Positions 42,882 through 55,818 of a DNA stretch of 64,000 nucleotides are shown here, piece by piece; position 1 is the stretch's first letter, and every line of letters starts with the position of its first letter. The position numbers and the translations under genes were made by a program. The stretch is taken from NCBI RefSeq assembly GCF_009914755.1, contig NC_060940.1; one strand, written 5' to 3'. The notes beneath the pieces are model-generated. The model searched no databases. It saw only the letters and a list, made by a program, of their open reading frames with translations, and was not told the DNA's origin. The DNA comes from the human T2T-CHM13v2.0 reference genome, Homo sapiens.

Positions 42882-45800
42882 TAAAAGATAACCTGATGTT
42901 TTTCTCCCAAACTTACTTGACTATACAGACTATATAGTCTCCCAATCTACACGTTCTTTTTTAATTTTCACATGGACTTTTCAAAAGTAAACTAAAATAT
43001 TAAATTTGATGAGGTCCAGTATATCAACTGTCCATTTTATGGATCATGCCTTTGATGTCAAGTTTAAGAACTCTTTGCTTAGATTGAAAAAGGTTTTCTC
43101 CTAACTTATTTCTAAAATATTTATAATTTTTCATTTCAGATTTATGTGTGTGAGTTATTTTGAGTTGATTTTAGCATAGGGTGTGAGGTTTTGGTTGAGG
43201 TTTTTTTTTGCTCCTGGATATTCAATTGCTCCAGCCAGCACCCTTGGTTGAGAGGGCTGTCCTTTTACCATTGATTTGGTTTTTTACTCTAGTCAAAAAT
43301 CAGTTGAGCATGTTTGTTTGAGTCTCTTTCTGGGTTCTATACTTTTTTACACTGATTTGTACATCTATCCTTCTGCCACGACCACACTGTCTTGATTATT
43401 GTAGATACATAGTAAGTCTTAACACAGGGCAGAGTGATTTTGCTATTAATGAATAGTGTGTTCTGTATATGAGAACTAGATCCTATTGGTTGATTCATTT
43501 TTCAGATCTTCTGTATTCTTGCTGATGTTCTATTTAGTATTTCTTGCTGATGTTCTATTTAGTATTTCTATCAAGTTCTGAGTGGTGCAGGTGTTGAAGT
43601 TCCCAACAATTGTTGATTTGTTGATTGTTACTTTCAGCTCTTTTTATTATTGCTTCATGTATTTTATGTTTCCTTTGTTTGGCACATTTAGGATTGTTAT
43701 CTTCCTGGTAGATAATCATTTTTTAATATGTATGCCCCCATTGTCTGCAGTAATTTTTTTTCCTCTGAATTCTAATTAGATATTATTGTAGTAATTTTTG
43801 TTCTTTAAAATCAATATCTGCATGTTAAGTTTTTTTCATCCGTTTTCTTTCAACTTACCTAAGTCTTAAAATTCTAAGTTGTTTCTTTTTTTATAAGCAG
43901 ACAATAGTTGTGTCATCTTTTATCTGTCCTGCTAATCTCTCTTTTGGTTGGTATATTTAGATTATTTTTATTTAAGATAATTCCTGATATGTTAGCACTC
44001 ATATCTGTCATTTTGTTTATTGTGTCTTTGCATTCTCATCTTTAATGTTGTTTTCATACTGTCCTATATGTTACTTGATCATGTTATATAATTTTAACAT
44101 ATTCAATATGCTATAAATAAAAATATGTTGTAGAATCATTACATATAATTGTATCTTGATTTATTTATGGTGTTTATCAACTACTTTTTGGGGTTTTCTT
44201 AGGTGCTTTGGGTATCATGATATTCATATGTAACCTACCAAAATCTACTGATATCAACATTTTACATCCTCAAGTGAAGTGTGGAGATGTCACTTTCATT
44301 TAGAACCCTTTACCTTCTCCATTTTTAAATATCTTTGTCTTGAGTATCAGATGGTGCTACAATTTCTGCTTCATAAGCAAATATGATTTATAAAACTCAC
44401 GAGGAAAAGGATAGTCTTTTATATACCCATATTCATTTCTTTCATTATTTCTGCGTCATTCCTAATGCTCCAAAGTTATTTACTTTTTTTCTTTTTGAAG
44501 AATCTGTAAGGGTAGGTCTGCTCACAACAAAATATTCTCATTTTTCCATCTGAGATTTTCTTCATGTCCCATTCATTCCTGAAGAGTAGTTTTGTCAGAA
44601 ATAGAATTTGTGATTGACAGTTCTTTTCCTTAACTGCTTGAAAAAATATTGTGCCACTCCTTCTGGCTTCCAAGGTTTTAGATGAGGAATCCATTGACAT
44701 TTAAAATGGTATTCCCCAGAGGTAATATATTGTTTCTTTTTGGCTACTTTCAAGACTTTGTCTTTAATTTTCAAAAGTTTAATTATTACTTGCCTTAGTG
44801 TAAGTTTGTTTGAGTTTTTTCTGTTTGGAGTTTCCTCAAGCTTCTCAGACCTGTATGATAGTGTTTTCAACACAGTTGGGGAGTTTTCAGTGGTTATTTC
44901 ATCAAATATTTTCAACCTCACTTTTTCTTCTCTCCTCTTGATACTCCAATAATATGAATATTGGATTTATGTCATTGTTCCATAGGCCTCTGAGGCTCTG
45001 GTCAGTTTTTTTTTTCTCAGTATGTTTTCTCTCTGTTGCTCACATTTGGTTAAATTGCATTGATATGCTATCAAGTTTGATAGTTTCTTTCATATGTTGT
45101 ATACATGCTACTCTTGAGTCCATTCAGCGAATTTTCTTGTCATTTCTGTTACTGGGTTTAATTTTTTGTTATTGTATTTATCTTATTGTTTTCTCCAGCT
45201 TTTAAATTTTTATTTGGTTTCTTTGTATACATAACATTTTTCTCTGTTATTTTCTATTTCTATTTATTTGTTCTAAGACACTTTGTATTTGATTATTGAA
45301 ATATTTTTATAATGATGGCTTTAAAATTCTCATCAGATAATTTCAGCATTTGATTCATATGGGTATTCACATCAGTTTATTATTCTTTCTCATTCAAGTG
45401 GTTTTCTTGGTGCTTGATATAATTGGTGGATTTATATTATATCCTTTGCATTTTCTGTATCAGGTTTAGAGACTGTGGGCTCTATATTTAAATGTTTGAC
45501 TTAATAGGCAAACCCCCTCTTCATGTTTAGCATGCAAATCTTGACCTGCACTTGTGGGCTGTGGTTCCAATGGCAGTTTAATTTTCAGAGGCTTCGTGGT
45601 GTTAGGTGCCTTTAGCATCTTCCCCCACCCCAGCTGCCTGTTGTCTCTGGAAGGACAATCAGTCTCAGGACCTCTAAGTCAAAGACCATCTGCAGGCAGG
45701 CAGGCAGCTTGGTGCTGTTGGTCTGGTCTCTCCTTACTGTTTTTCTCCAAGCACTCCAGTGCCTCTAGACCAGGGCAGAGTTTTTCAGGCCTACCAACCT

Positions 45801-46407
45801 GCTGTGGCTAGGTCCCTCTTTTTGGCTGTGCCGCAGCCCCAGTGTTTCTAGACTGGGGTGAGAAAACTGGGGCAGGGAAAAGAAGGAGAATCTCAGGACT
45901 GTGAGGACAAAGGAGGTCTCCAGAGGAATTGCTTATGGTAACTGGGTCCCCTTTGCTGATTCTACCTACCTGTCCCTGTATTTCTCACTGGGGAAAAGGA
46001 GTCTCAGGGCACATTGGATAGAAGACTGCTTTTGCTAGACACCTATTTTTAGCAGAGCTTCTGATGAATCCTCCTTGCTGGTGGTGTTGGTATTGAGGTT
46101 ACCTAGAACTCCAGTCCTTTCAGGAAGGATGAGCCTACCTGGCCCCGCTTCTATGGCTAGGCTGAGAGTCAAGAAATGGCACATCTAAGTAGACGTCTTC
46201 TATTGAATGGAGGAGGGAGACTTAGGATATCTTGCTACTGGGCTGTTCTTTTAGTCCTGGGGTTCCAAACCTTTTATCTTCTTCTTACCATCTTTGCAGA
46301 GTTGTCCTTTTGTTATTTCCTGCATTATTTCCAGTATTTATGTTGTGCTCACCAAGGAGAAACAGGGAGGAATAGGTCTGTACCATCTTCCCTGAATTGG
46401 AAGTCCC
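41260..46407 (-). mobile_element. Old L1M (L1MD-like 3' end) with most of ORF2 absent, ORF1 remnant and 5' end; possibly two fused copies
   Basis: 3' end GTAAGAAATAGTAAAGAGAAATCTCTTGTACACTTTGTCCAGTTTCCC; ORF1p remnant in ORF 44595..44921 (KIFDEITTENSP..TPNRKN..RQVIIKLLKIKDK); 5' terminus reads GGGACTTCCAATTCAGGGAAGATGG on the minus strand. Confidence 0.8.
42331..42600. repeat. 29-bp minisatellite, 9 copies, unit GTCTCTATATACTRTATRGTATATATATA
   Basis: Units start at 42331, 42360, 42389, 42418, 42447, 42476, 42505, 42534, 42563. Confidence 0.95.
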
Positions 46408-47899
46408 TAAAATATTCATTTTCGCTCATAAAATGAAGATGGATATTCATTTTCCCCATTTGTCAGTGGAGGAACTCAGGTACTGCACCTTGTGTTACTT
46501 GTTCAAGGTCAGGAAGTGAGCGAGTGGCAGTAGAAATAGCAAGCTTCATCTATCGGGGCTAAAAGAAAAATTCCTTTTCACTTTATGTCTTTCTCTGCAT
46601 GTGGAACCAGTGTAATAAATACAAAAACAGCAGAAATAAAAATCCAAAAAGCACAAGTTCTGAGAAACGATTCTTTACCTATTATCATTTATTTGAGGGG
46701 GGAAAGTATATGTGTTCACCAAATTGTGTCATAACAAACACAGAAGCAAAGAAGATGAATGAAAAACAAATACCTTCTGGGAAATGCCAGACAAAGACAA
46801 TAAGGACAGCTGTACTATGCACAAGATGTTCTCATGAAAGAAAAGCAGAACTCTGAAGGGCAGGTGTTGTGTTGGCAAAATGACTGGTTCAGTTCTGTGG
46901 CTGGCTCCTTGGCCCCTGTGTCCAAATCTGATTTCAGGAGGACTAGCACCAAAAAACAGGAGAAACACATTTGGCTTGGGAGTTTGCCAGAAAGCAATGA
47001 CAGCTGAGTTGATTTTAGACTGTCTTCCCAGCCTGGGAAGAGTAAAAATGGCTAACTCCTTGTCTCTGTCTTTATCTGCTAGATATTTCAGATGCAGGCA
47101 GGAGGGCAGTCTGTAACTGACAACACCAGCAGTAATTACTGAGGAGACACTCTGTAAGGATAGGCTTTGTTTTGTTGTCTTCAAATACCAAAGGCAAATA
47201 ATGAAGTGTTTACGAGAAGTGAAAGATCATCCCTCACTCATGTTCATGTTAATGAATTCCTGCATAAGTAAAAGAGATAATCTAAGCTATTGAGTAAATA
47301 TGAACAAGTTCCAAATAAGGATCCCAGAGAAATGGCGGTGTCGGTGCAGTGAAGAGGAGAGGAGGGTGAGTGGGGAAGAGTTGAGGGAGGGCAAGGAGGA
47401 TGGGGGAGGGCAATTTCAGCTCTTTCTCTTGTCCTGGTATGTGAAAGGTAAAAAGCGAAGAAACAATTTTGTTTTTCTTCAGATTTTTTTTTTCTTAATG
47501 AAAAGGAAATGTTATAAAATGACATGGAGGAACTGACTTGCAGCTTTTTATCGTGGGAGCTTCCAAGAAGGGATGGATGTTTGCCAATGTGACAGAAAGT
47601 GCTTAGCAATTCTTCCCTTCCTAAAACCAAGATTTGACACAAACTCTGTTCACACAAGGCAAATGCATCTAATAGACAGTGCTTTTGCTCCAAGGCAATT
47701 ATCTGTCTGGTGCAACAACACATGAATTTTGTAGTGGGAAGGGGAGAAGAATATCTACCATTTATTGCATACTTACTGTGTACTAGACACTGAATAAGGT
47801 ACTGTATATACAAAATGTCTCACAATTAACACTGTTCTGCAGTAGGATTACACAATTATCTGATGAGCAAATATCAAAGAGATTTAATAAGTTGCCTAA

Positions 47900-48201
<302 letters not shown>

Positions 48202-48381
48202 TTATCATAGCTAATAAGTGATATAACTGACAATAGAACCTAGAACTTTTTCATTCAATATTTGTATTGGTAAGAATTTTATTTTTACTCACAAAGATAC
48301 TGAATGAAAAAGTGTTTTCTATTTCATTTAAAATCCCAGAGTCCTTAATATGCCAATATGAATTACAAATATTAGAAGAAG

Positions 48382-48906
48382 GGAGGGTGCTGTGGCTTGT
48401 GCCTATAATCCCAACACTTTGGGGGCCTAGATGAGAGATTCACTTGAGGCCAGGAGTGCGACACCTGTGAGATCCCCATCAAACAAAGTTTTTATTGGGA
48501 ATATCTTCTTGTAATTCCAAAGGCTTCTATGTGGACTTGGTTTGTTTCTGTTACTGTGCTAGGCATGAGACTATGGCTGCCCCTACTGAGCTCATAGACA
48601 TTATGCAGTACTGTTGTGAACACAAATATGACCAAGTTATCCTGGCCACACCCAAGGGAATCATCATATAGATGGAGAATTATTAATACTTAGAAAGACT
48701 CCTGTCTCTACAAACAATTTTAAAAAATTACCCAGGCATGATCGTGCATACTTGTAGTCCTAGGTCCTGGGGAGGCTGAGGTGGGAAGATCTCTTGAGCC
48801 TGTGAAGGAACTAAGGGCTGCATGCAGTGAGCCATGATTGAGCCACTGCACTTTAGCCTAGGCAACGGAGCGAGATGGCATCTCAAAAAATAAAAATAAA
48901 AATAAA
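48382..48906 (+). mobile_element. AluJ split by about 215 bp of non-Alu DNA
   Basis: Left arm 48382-48480 (CACTTGAGGCCAGGAGT); remainder 48695-48906 (GAGGCTGAGGTGGGAAGATC..GCAGTGAGCCATGATT, A-rich tail). Confidence 0.8.
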
Positions 48907-49398
48907 GAGGAGGAAAAAATAAGAAATATGACAATATATAAATAAATAGACTTTGGGATATTTTCCCCAAAAGCACTTGCAGTTCCAGAAATCAAATTAC
49001 GGAATTTTAAGAACAAAGTTTGGAAAATGTTGGTCTAAATACTTAATACTAATTAGTTCCTTCTCTTTCTTCTCATCAAGGTATTTCTTTCTGCAAATTT
49101 TTTTTTCATGTTTGTTAGCCTTCTTTAGAGTTTTAAAAACACTCTCATATCCATCTTTTTGTTTTCATTTCACAAAGCCTAGCAGAGACTAGAATGCTTG
49201 CCCCCAATTCAAAGATGAGAAAACAGTCTCAAGAAATTTGAAGTTCAAGGACACAGTTCTTCTTCAGGAATTCTCTCCCAAACTCAGCATAAAAAGTTAT
49301 TTTGATGTTTTAGTTATAGTATTATCTGTCTTTTCATTGGACAGCTCTGGCAGAGTAGATACAATAGGAAAAATGGAGTCTCAGAAACCCAAATTTGA

Positions 49399-49448
49399 TT
49401 TTTTTTTTTTTTTTTTTGAGACAGTCTCTCTCTCTGTGGCCCAGGCTG
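49399..49448 (-). mobile_element. Alu 3' tip (about 31 nt plus 19-T tail)
   Basis: T19 then GAGACAGTCTCTCTCTCTGTGGCCCAGGCTG. Confidence 0.85.
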
Positions 49449-49920
49449 CACCTACCAACCCGTCATCTAGTTTTTAGCCCCACACGCCTTAGATATTTGT
49501 CCTAATGCTCTCCCTCCCCTTGCCCCTCACCCCCAGACAGGCCCCAGTGTGTGATGTTCCCCTCCCTGTGTCCATGTGTTCTCACTGTTCAAATCCCACT
49601 TATGAATGAGAAACGTGGTGTTTGGTTTTCTGTTCCTGTGTTAGTTTGCTGAGAATGATGGCTTCCAGCTTCATCCATGTCCCCGCAAAGGACATGAACT
49701 CATTCTTTTTTTAAGGCTGCATAGTATTCCATGGAATGTATGTGCCACATTTTCTTTATCCAGTCTATCACTCTTGGGCATTTGGGTTGGTTCCAAGTCT
49801 TTGCTATTGTAAATAGTGCTACAATAAACTTACACGTGCATGTGTCTTTACAGTAGAATGATTTATAATCCTTTGGGTATACACCCAGTAATGGGATTGC
49901 TGGGTCAAATGGTATTTCTG
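49445..49920 (-). mobile_element. L1PA7-like 3' segment lacking its own terminus, fused to the Alu tip
   Basis: GCTGCACCTACCAACCCGTCATCTAG..CCTAATGCTCTCCCTCCCCTTGCCCC..GGGATTGCTGGGTCAAATGGTATTTCTG. Confidence 0.92.
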
Positions 49921-50101
49921 AAGGAACCCATCTTCTTGATCTGCTCTTTCTGCCTCCTGCTTTCCATTTTTCACTGACTCTATAAAGTCAAGCAAATGAT
50001 GACAAAACTATTTTTCATTGCTTTTCTTCTCTTCCAGTCTTTCACATACCTTCTTTGGCCTGCTTTCTCTTTGCCATTGTTTATGCATCCTTAGAAACAG
50101 T

Positions 50102-50275
50102 AATATACATATATAATATGTATAAAAATATATGTTACATATATAATATAGATCTTTAAAAACAGATATATGTAATATAAAATATATTACATATATTACA
50201 TAACATATAACACATATATAACATATATATTATATATAACACATTATATAACATATTATAGACAACATATATGTT
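50102..50275. repeat. Degenerate TA-rich simple repeat
   Basis: Direct reading (TATAACATAT-like units). Confidence 0.8.
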
Positions 50276-53200
50276 ACTGGAATGGTAGGGTTTGAACAGA
50301 GGAAGTAGGGGTGTAAATTTGTAACCTCTTTTATACTTATTTAGTTTTTTATTGAGAGTGTAAACTGCATTTACAAAAGAGAAGGGTGATAATACTGACA
50401 GTTCCTGAATTGTTGGTCCTCAGGCAACTAATTCCTGTAAGCCTCAGTTTCTACATCTGTCAAATAGAACTCATAATTAGCATTCTCCTGGCATGCAGCT
50501 GGTGCTCACTATGCTCCCATGGAGGCTTAATTTCACTGAGATATTGTTACGCAATGGGAGAATGCACCTTGAACCCAAAATACTAAAGCCATTATTCTTT
50601 CAAATTTGTGAAACATAGTTAATAACCAATCACCTTTTGTATAAGTTCATTAAAGGCACTCTGAAAGTGCAAATATGTTTTTGATTTGAGGAACATTTTG
50701 ATATAAGTGGTGAATTGACTTATAGTCAAGATCATAAAAGAAACTTTATCTACACTAAGGTACTCTGTTAAAAAGTGAAGCCAAATGTATCCAGAGAGAT
50801 CTGCTAACTTGCTCAAGGCCAAACGTTACTTAGTGGCAAAACTAAAAACAGATTGTATAATTGTATGCTCTGTAAACCAGACTAGAAAGCATGACACCCT
50901 TATGTGGTAAGGAATAACAGGAATATTAATGACATGATACTTATTGATCACTATTGACAATGTTTACTTATCACTATTGACAATGATATTTATTGATCAC
51001 TAATAGGCAAGGTACTGTTTTAGGTGATTTATGTGTAAAAGCTTATTGGGTATTTTAAACTTGCAAAATCAATACTATTTTGCCCCTATATTACTGGAGA
51101 CCGAATAATCCAGAGTTTTCTCATTAGATGCGTCTAATTCCTTCTAAGCTGTAAATTGACTATATGTTAACAATTTTTAGTTAAGATGATATCTATAAAA
51201 ATTATACTGCTTTCATACAGCAAAAAGAAAATCACTTAATTATGTTTTTACCCTTTTAAAAACATCTGATTATTTTTTGGTCAACTAACTCTATTATAAA
51301 CACATCTTCTATTCGCAGATTTCTGATTTATGTCTAATTACATAATAATATGCAACATTTGCTGTTGAGCTCTATGCATCTGAGCCAAATGGATTCTCTG
51401 AAATATAGACAGACAAAGCAGAGGAGTTGGAGCACTTGCCATTTTTATTAGTGAGCTCTGAAAACAATTTCAGCATGCTGTACAGAGTTCCTTTGAATAA
51501 TTAATTTTAAATGGGAAAGGCATTCTGCCTTTGGTTACATTGTTGATTATTTTTAAATGTATATGGCATTGCTGCCATTGACAATAATTTCCTGTCAAAG
51601 ATTTCTGCCTTACTCTATATTCCATTTTGTCATCAAGATGTACCTATTACTATTTTTAACATAAAATGCCTATCTGTATTATTTATTTAGACATCCAATC
51701 AGAAAATATTGTATTGACTAAGGAACTTTCTAAATGGACACATTTATCTGTGTTAATATCAAATCGTGTCACATTTTATTTACAGGGATAATAGGACATG
51801 GATGGATGCCCGTTTCAGTTAAAAGTACAATATATTTCCATGTGTTTATTGGTGGTGAAGATGTTAATGGGTAGTGTAACAAGGGGAATTTTACATGACT
51901 TGGGAAATCTATGTGACATGAGAAAAAGTTAATTTCAGCCTTGCCTCATTAATCAGATCTGCCGCCAGCTAAAAATTGTCACCTCAGTATATTGTGCTTT
52001 CTGCTGTGCAGTACTAATAAAGATACTGACATACAAAACAGAAGTAATTGGGTTTGGTGCTAGGAGGAGGGGGGTTAGAATACACAGGAATGAATGGTTT
52101 ATATCTGACCTTTCGGAAGAATCGCTCAAGGCACCGTGGGGCAGTTCCCGTCATTGCTAATGGAGACTGTGGATTCAAGACTGTTCTAACAGTCTTGCGT
52201 GCGAACTTCTGGGAACTGAAATGAATTACAGTGGTTCATACATACAGGCCTTCACAACGAAGCTTGCAAAACAAAGGAACTGTCAGGCCAGACCTGGTGT
52301 CTGTATACATTAAATGCTGGTGCATGGATTTACAGTTTGCGTAGACAACTACATCATTACTTCAAAGCCTTTACAAGCACAGACATTACAAAAGGCCTGG
52401 CTGTAACTCAGGAGGGACAAAAGTGCTGTGGTGATATTGACGGAACGGTTTACATGGAACACTTTTTGCAAGCATGGTTTCATTTGTCCCTACCTCAAAC
52501 GGGTAGGTAGATATTATTATTCATGATATCTAAATGAGGTACAGATTTCCGAGATAGTAAGTTACACTCTTTACATGATGTGGCTGGTATCTGCATAAAA
52601 ATAAATTTGAACCCTTGGACTCAAAAACTTTTTTAGATGGAGAGGTTTCATACAACTCTATTGAAGTATAATTTTCATATAATAAAATACACACATCCGA
52701 AGTGTGTAGTCCAATGAGCTTTTGCAAATACATGCATAATAAAACCACCACCATAATCAACATTTAGAACATTTCCATCAACTCAAAACATTTTCTTATG
52801 TCCCTTTGCAGGCAGTTTCTTCACAAGCCTCAGGCAATCAAGATTTTTTCTCCATAGACATATGACTTTGAGACTGTCATATGAATAGAACTATACAGAA
52901 GTGGTCTTTCATAGCCTCTTTTGTTCAATACAGCGAGTATGGAGATTCCCCAAATATTGGTACATAATGTTGCAAGCATCAACATTTCTTTTATGTTTAT
53001 TGGTAATGATCTGTGTTATGTATATAGCCCAATTTATTTGTCTATGAGCCAGCTGATGGACGCTTGAGTTGTTTTCAGTTTTTGGCTATTGTGAAAAATG
53101 CTACTATAACTATTATGTACATGTGTTAGTTTGAACATGTTTTCCTTATTGGGAGGTAAATACCTAGAATTGCTGGAACATAAGGTGGGTGTACAGAACT

Positions 53201-54480
53201 TAGGTCATTGATTTTTTTATTCTTAAGATGATCAGACATAACCTTTAAAATGTTAAAGGTATAAGTTTCCCTCTAAACACAGCATAAGCTGCAGCTCTCA
53301 CATTTTGATAATATACGCATTTATTTTCATTTCATTTGACTTATTTTCTAATGTCTCAAGTGAAATCTTCATTTACCTATTTGTTTGATTTTCAAGTATT
53401 TGCAATTTTTTAAAATTTCACATTTTTATTGAGTGTTAATTTATTTTTTGGTCAGACAACATTTAGCATTTAAATCTTTTTATATTTAATGACACTTTTC
53501 TCTCCCAGTCTATGAACTACCATGATTAAAATTCCAGGTGTACTTGCAAATAATATGTATTTTTGTGGCTGGATAGCATATTCTATAAGGGTTAATTAGA
53601 TTGTATGTGGACTGTATTGTTCAAGTCTGTATATCCTTACTGATTTTTCAATTTTATTTGGTCTATTAATTATTGTGAGTGAAGTGTTAAAATATCAAAC
53701 TGCAATTATATATTTTTTATTTCTGTTTTTAATTCTGTTAGTTTTTGCTTTGTGTGTTTTGCAGCCCTTTTGTGATATGCATAAACTTTGGGGATTTTTA
53801 TGGTCTCTTGATAAATTGATACTTTATCATTGTGAATCATTCATCTTTGTATCTAATGCCTAATACCTTAATACCTTATATCTTGTCTATACCTTATTTC
53901 TTGATCTGAGATCTTTTCTTATAGTCACCTGAGCTTTCTCTAAGATTAGTGTTTTTCTGGTTTATCATTTCTTATACTTTAATATTTTACTTAGCTGCTT
54001 TTAACATATCTGTGACTTCACATCGAGGTCATGTCTTATACACAACATATATTTGGGTTTTACTTTGTTATCTAATTATCTAATTACAAAATCTCTGTCT
54101 TGCAATGTGTGGTTCAGCATTATAACTGCTAGCAATTTGTGGCTATTTAAATGCAAATTACCTGAAATTAAATAAAATTTTAAATTCAAAAGATAATATA
54201 GGAAAAAAATCTAAGTGACCTTGGGCCTGGCAATAAGTATATAGCTACAACATCAAAGCACATTCCATGAAAGAGAATAATTATAAGTTAGGTTTATTTA
54301 AAATTATAAACTTCTGCTCTGTGAAAACACTGCTAAAAGAATGAAAGGACAAGTCACATACAGGGAGAAAATGTTTGCAGAACTGATATCTGATAAATGA
54401 CTTGCATCCAAAATATACAAATATACAAAAATTCTTAAAACCCTAACACTCCAATTAAAAGGGGAGCAAACAGCTAAACA

Positions 54481-54700
54481 GATATATAGATGTCAAGGAA
54501 GATATATAGATGATATATATATAGATGTCAAGGAAGATATATAGATTATATATATATATGAGATATATATATGATCTCATATATATATCATATATAGATC
54601 ATATATATAGATCATATATATCATATATAGATCATATATAGATCATATATATCATATATAGATCATATATAGATCATATATATATATCTCATATATATAT
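54481..54700. repeat. TA-rich repeat: duplicated ATATAGATGTCAAGGAAGATATATAGAT followed by (ATCATATATAG)n-like units
   Basis: Direct reading. Confidence 0.88.
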
Positions 54701-55466
54701 GAAAAGATGCTCAACATCATGTCATCAGAGAAATGCAAATTAAAACAAAACCAAGATACCACTACACACTTATTTGAATGGCTAAAATAAAAAAAAATCG
54801 GTAATACCAAATATTGGAAAGGATGTGGACCCATAGGAACTCTCATTCATTGTTGGTGAGAATACAAAATGGTGCAGCATTTTGCAAGACATTTTGGCAG
54901 CTTTTTACGAAGCTAAACATAATTTTACCATACAATTTAGCAATCAAGTTCCAAATGAGTTGAAAACTTCTGTCCATACAAAAACCTACACACAAATGTT
55001 TATAAAGCTTTGTTCATAAAAGCCAAATATTGGAAGCAACCAAGATGCCCTATAATAGGTGGATGGATATATCAATTATGGTACATTCATATAAGGGAAT
55101 ATTATTCAACAACAAAAGGAAATGAACTGACAAGCTATGAAAAGAGCTGGAAGGATCTTAAATGCATATTGCTAAGTGGAATAAGCCAGACTAAAAGGGC
55201 TACATGCTATATGATTTTAAATATGTGGCATTTTAGAAATGGTAAAATTATAAAGACAGACAAAATAACAGTGGTTACTGGAGATTGGGAAGTTTGGAGG
55301 GAGGAACGAATAAGCCAATAACTGGAGATTTTTATGGCAGTGAAACTATTTTGTATGATATTATAATGGTGAATATATGACACTATGCATTTGTCAAAAC
55401 CCACAGAACTATACAGCACAAAGTGAACCCCAATGTAGACTGTGAATTTTAGTTAAAATTGTGTAT

Positions 55467-55818
55467 TGCTATGGTTTAAATGTTGATATCCCCCTAAAAT
55501 TTATGTGTGGAAACCTAATGCCCAATGTGATAGTATTAAGAGAGGGGTCCTTTGGGAAGTGGTTAAGTCATGAGGGCTCCACCCCCATGAATGGGATTAG
55601 TGTCCTTATAGAGACTCCAGGGAGTTCCCTTGCTCCTCCGTCATGTAAGCACACAGAAGGTGCCATCTATGAGCAACAGGCTTTCACCAGACTCCAAGTC
55701 TGCTGGAGCCTTGATCTTGCACTCTCCAGGCTCCAGAACTGTGAGCAACACATTCTTGCTATTTACAAATTACCTAGTTGAAGATATTTTGTTATAGCAG
55801 CAAGAATGGACTAAGACA
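55467..55818 (+). mobile_element. MLT1A-type solo LTR inserted in the L1MC 3' UTR
   Basis: TGCTATGGTTT..GTCATGAGGGCTCC..TATTTTGTTATAGCAGC..GGACTAAGACA; TSD TGTAT/GGTAT. Confidence 0.9.

Noticed and set aside
46729-47813. 151-aa and 189-aa minus-strand ORFs
   Set aside because: No recognisable domain, composition typical of non-coding DNA, the longer one begins in MIR-like sequence, and there is no supporting exon structure.
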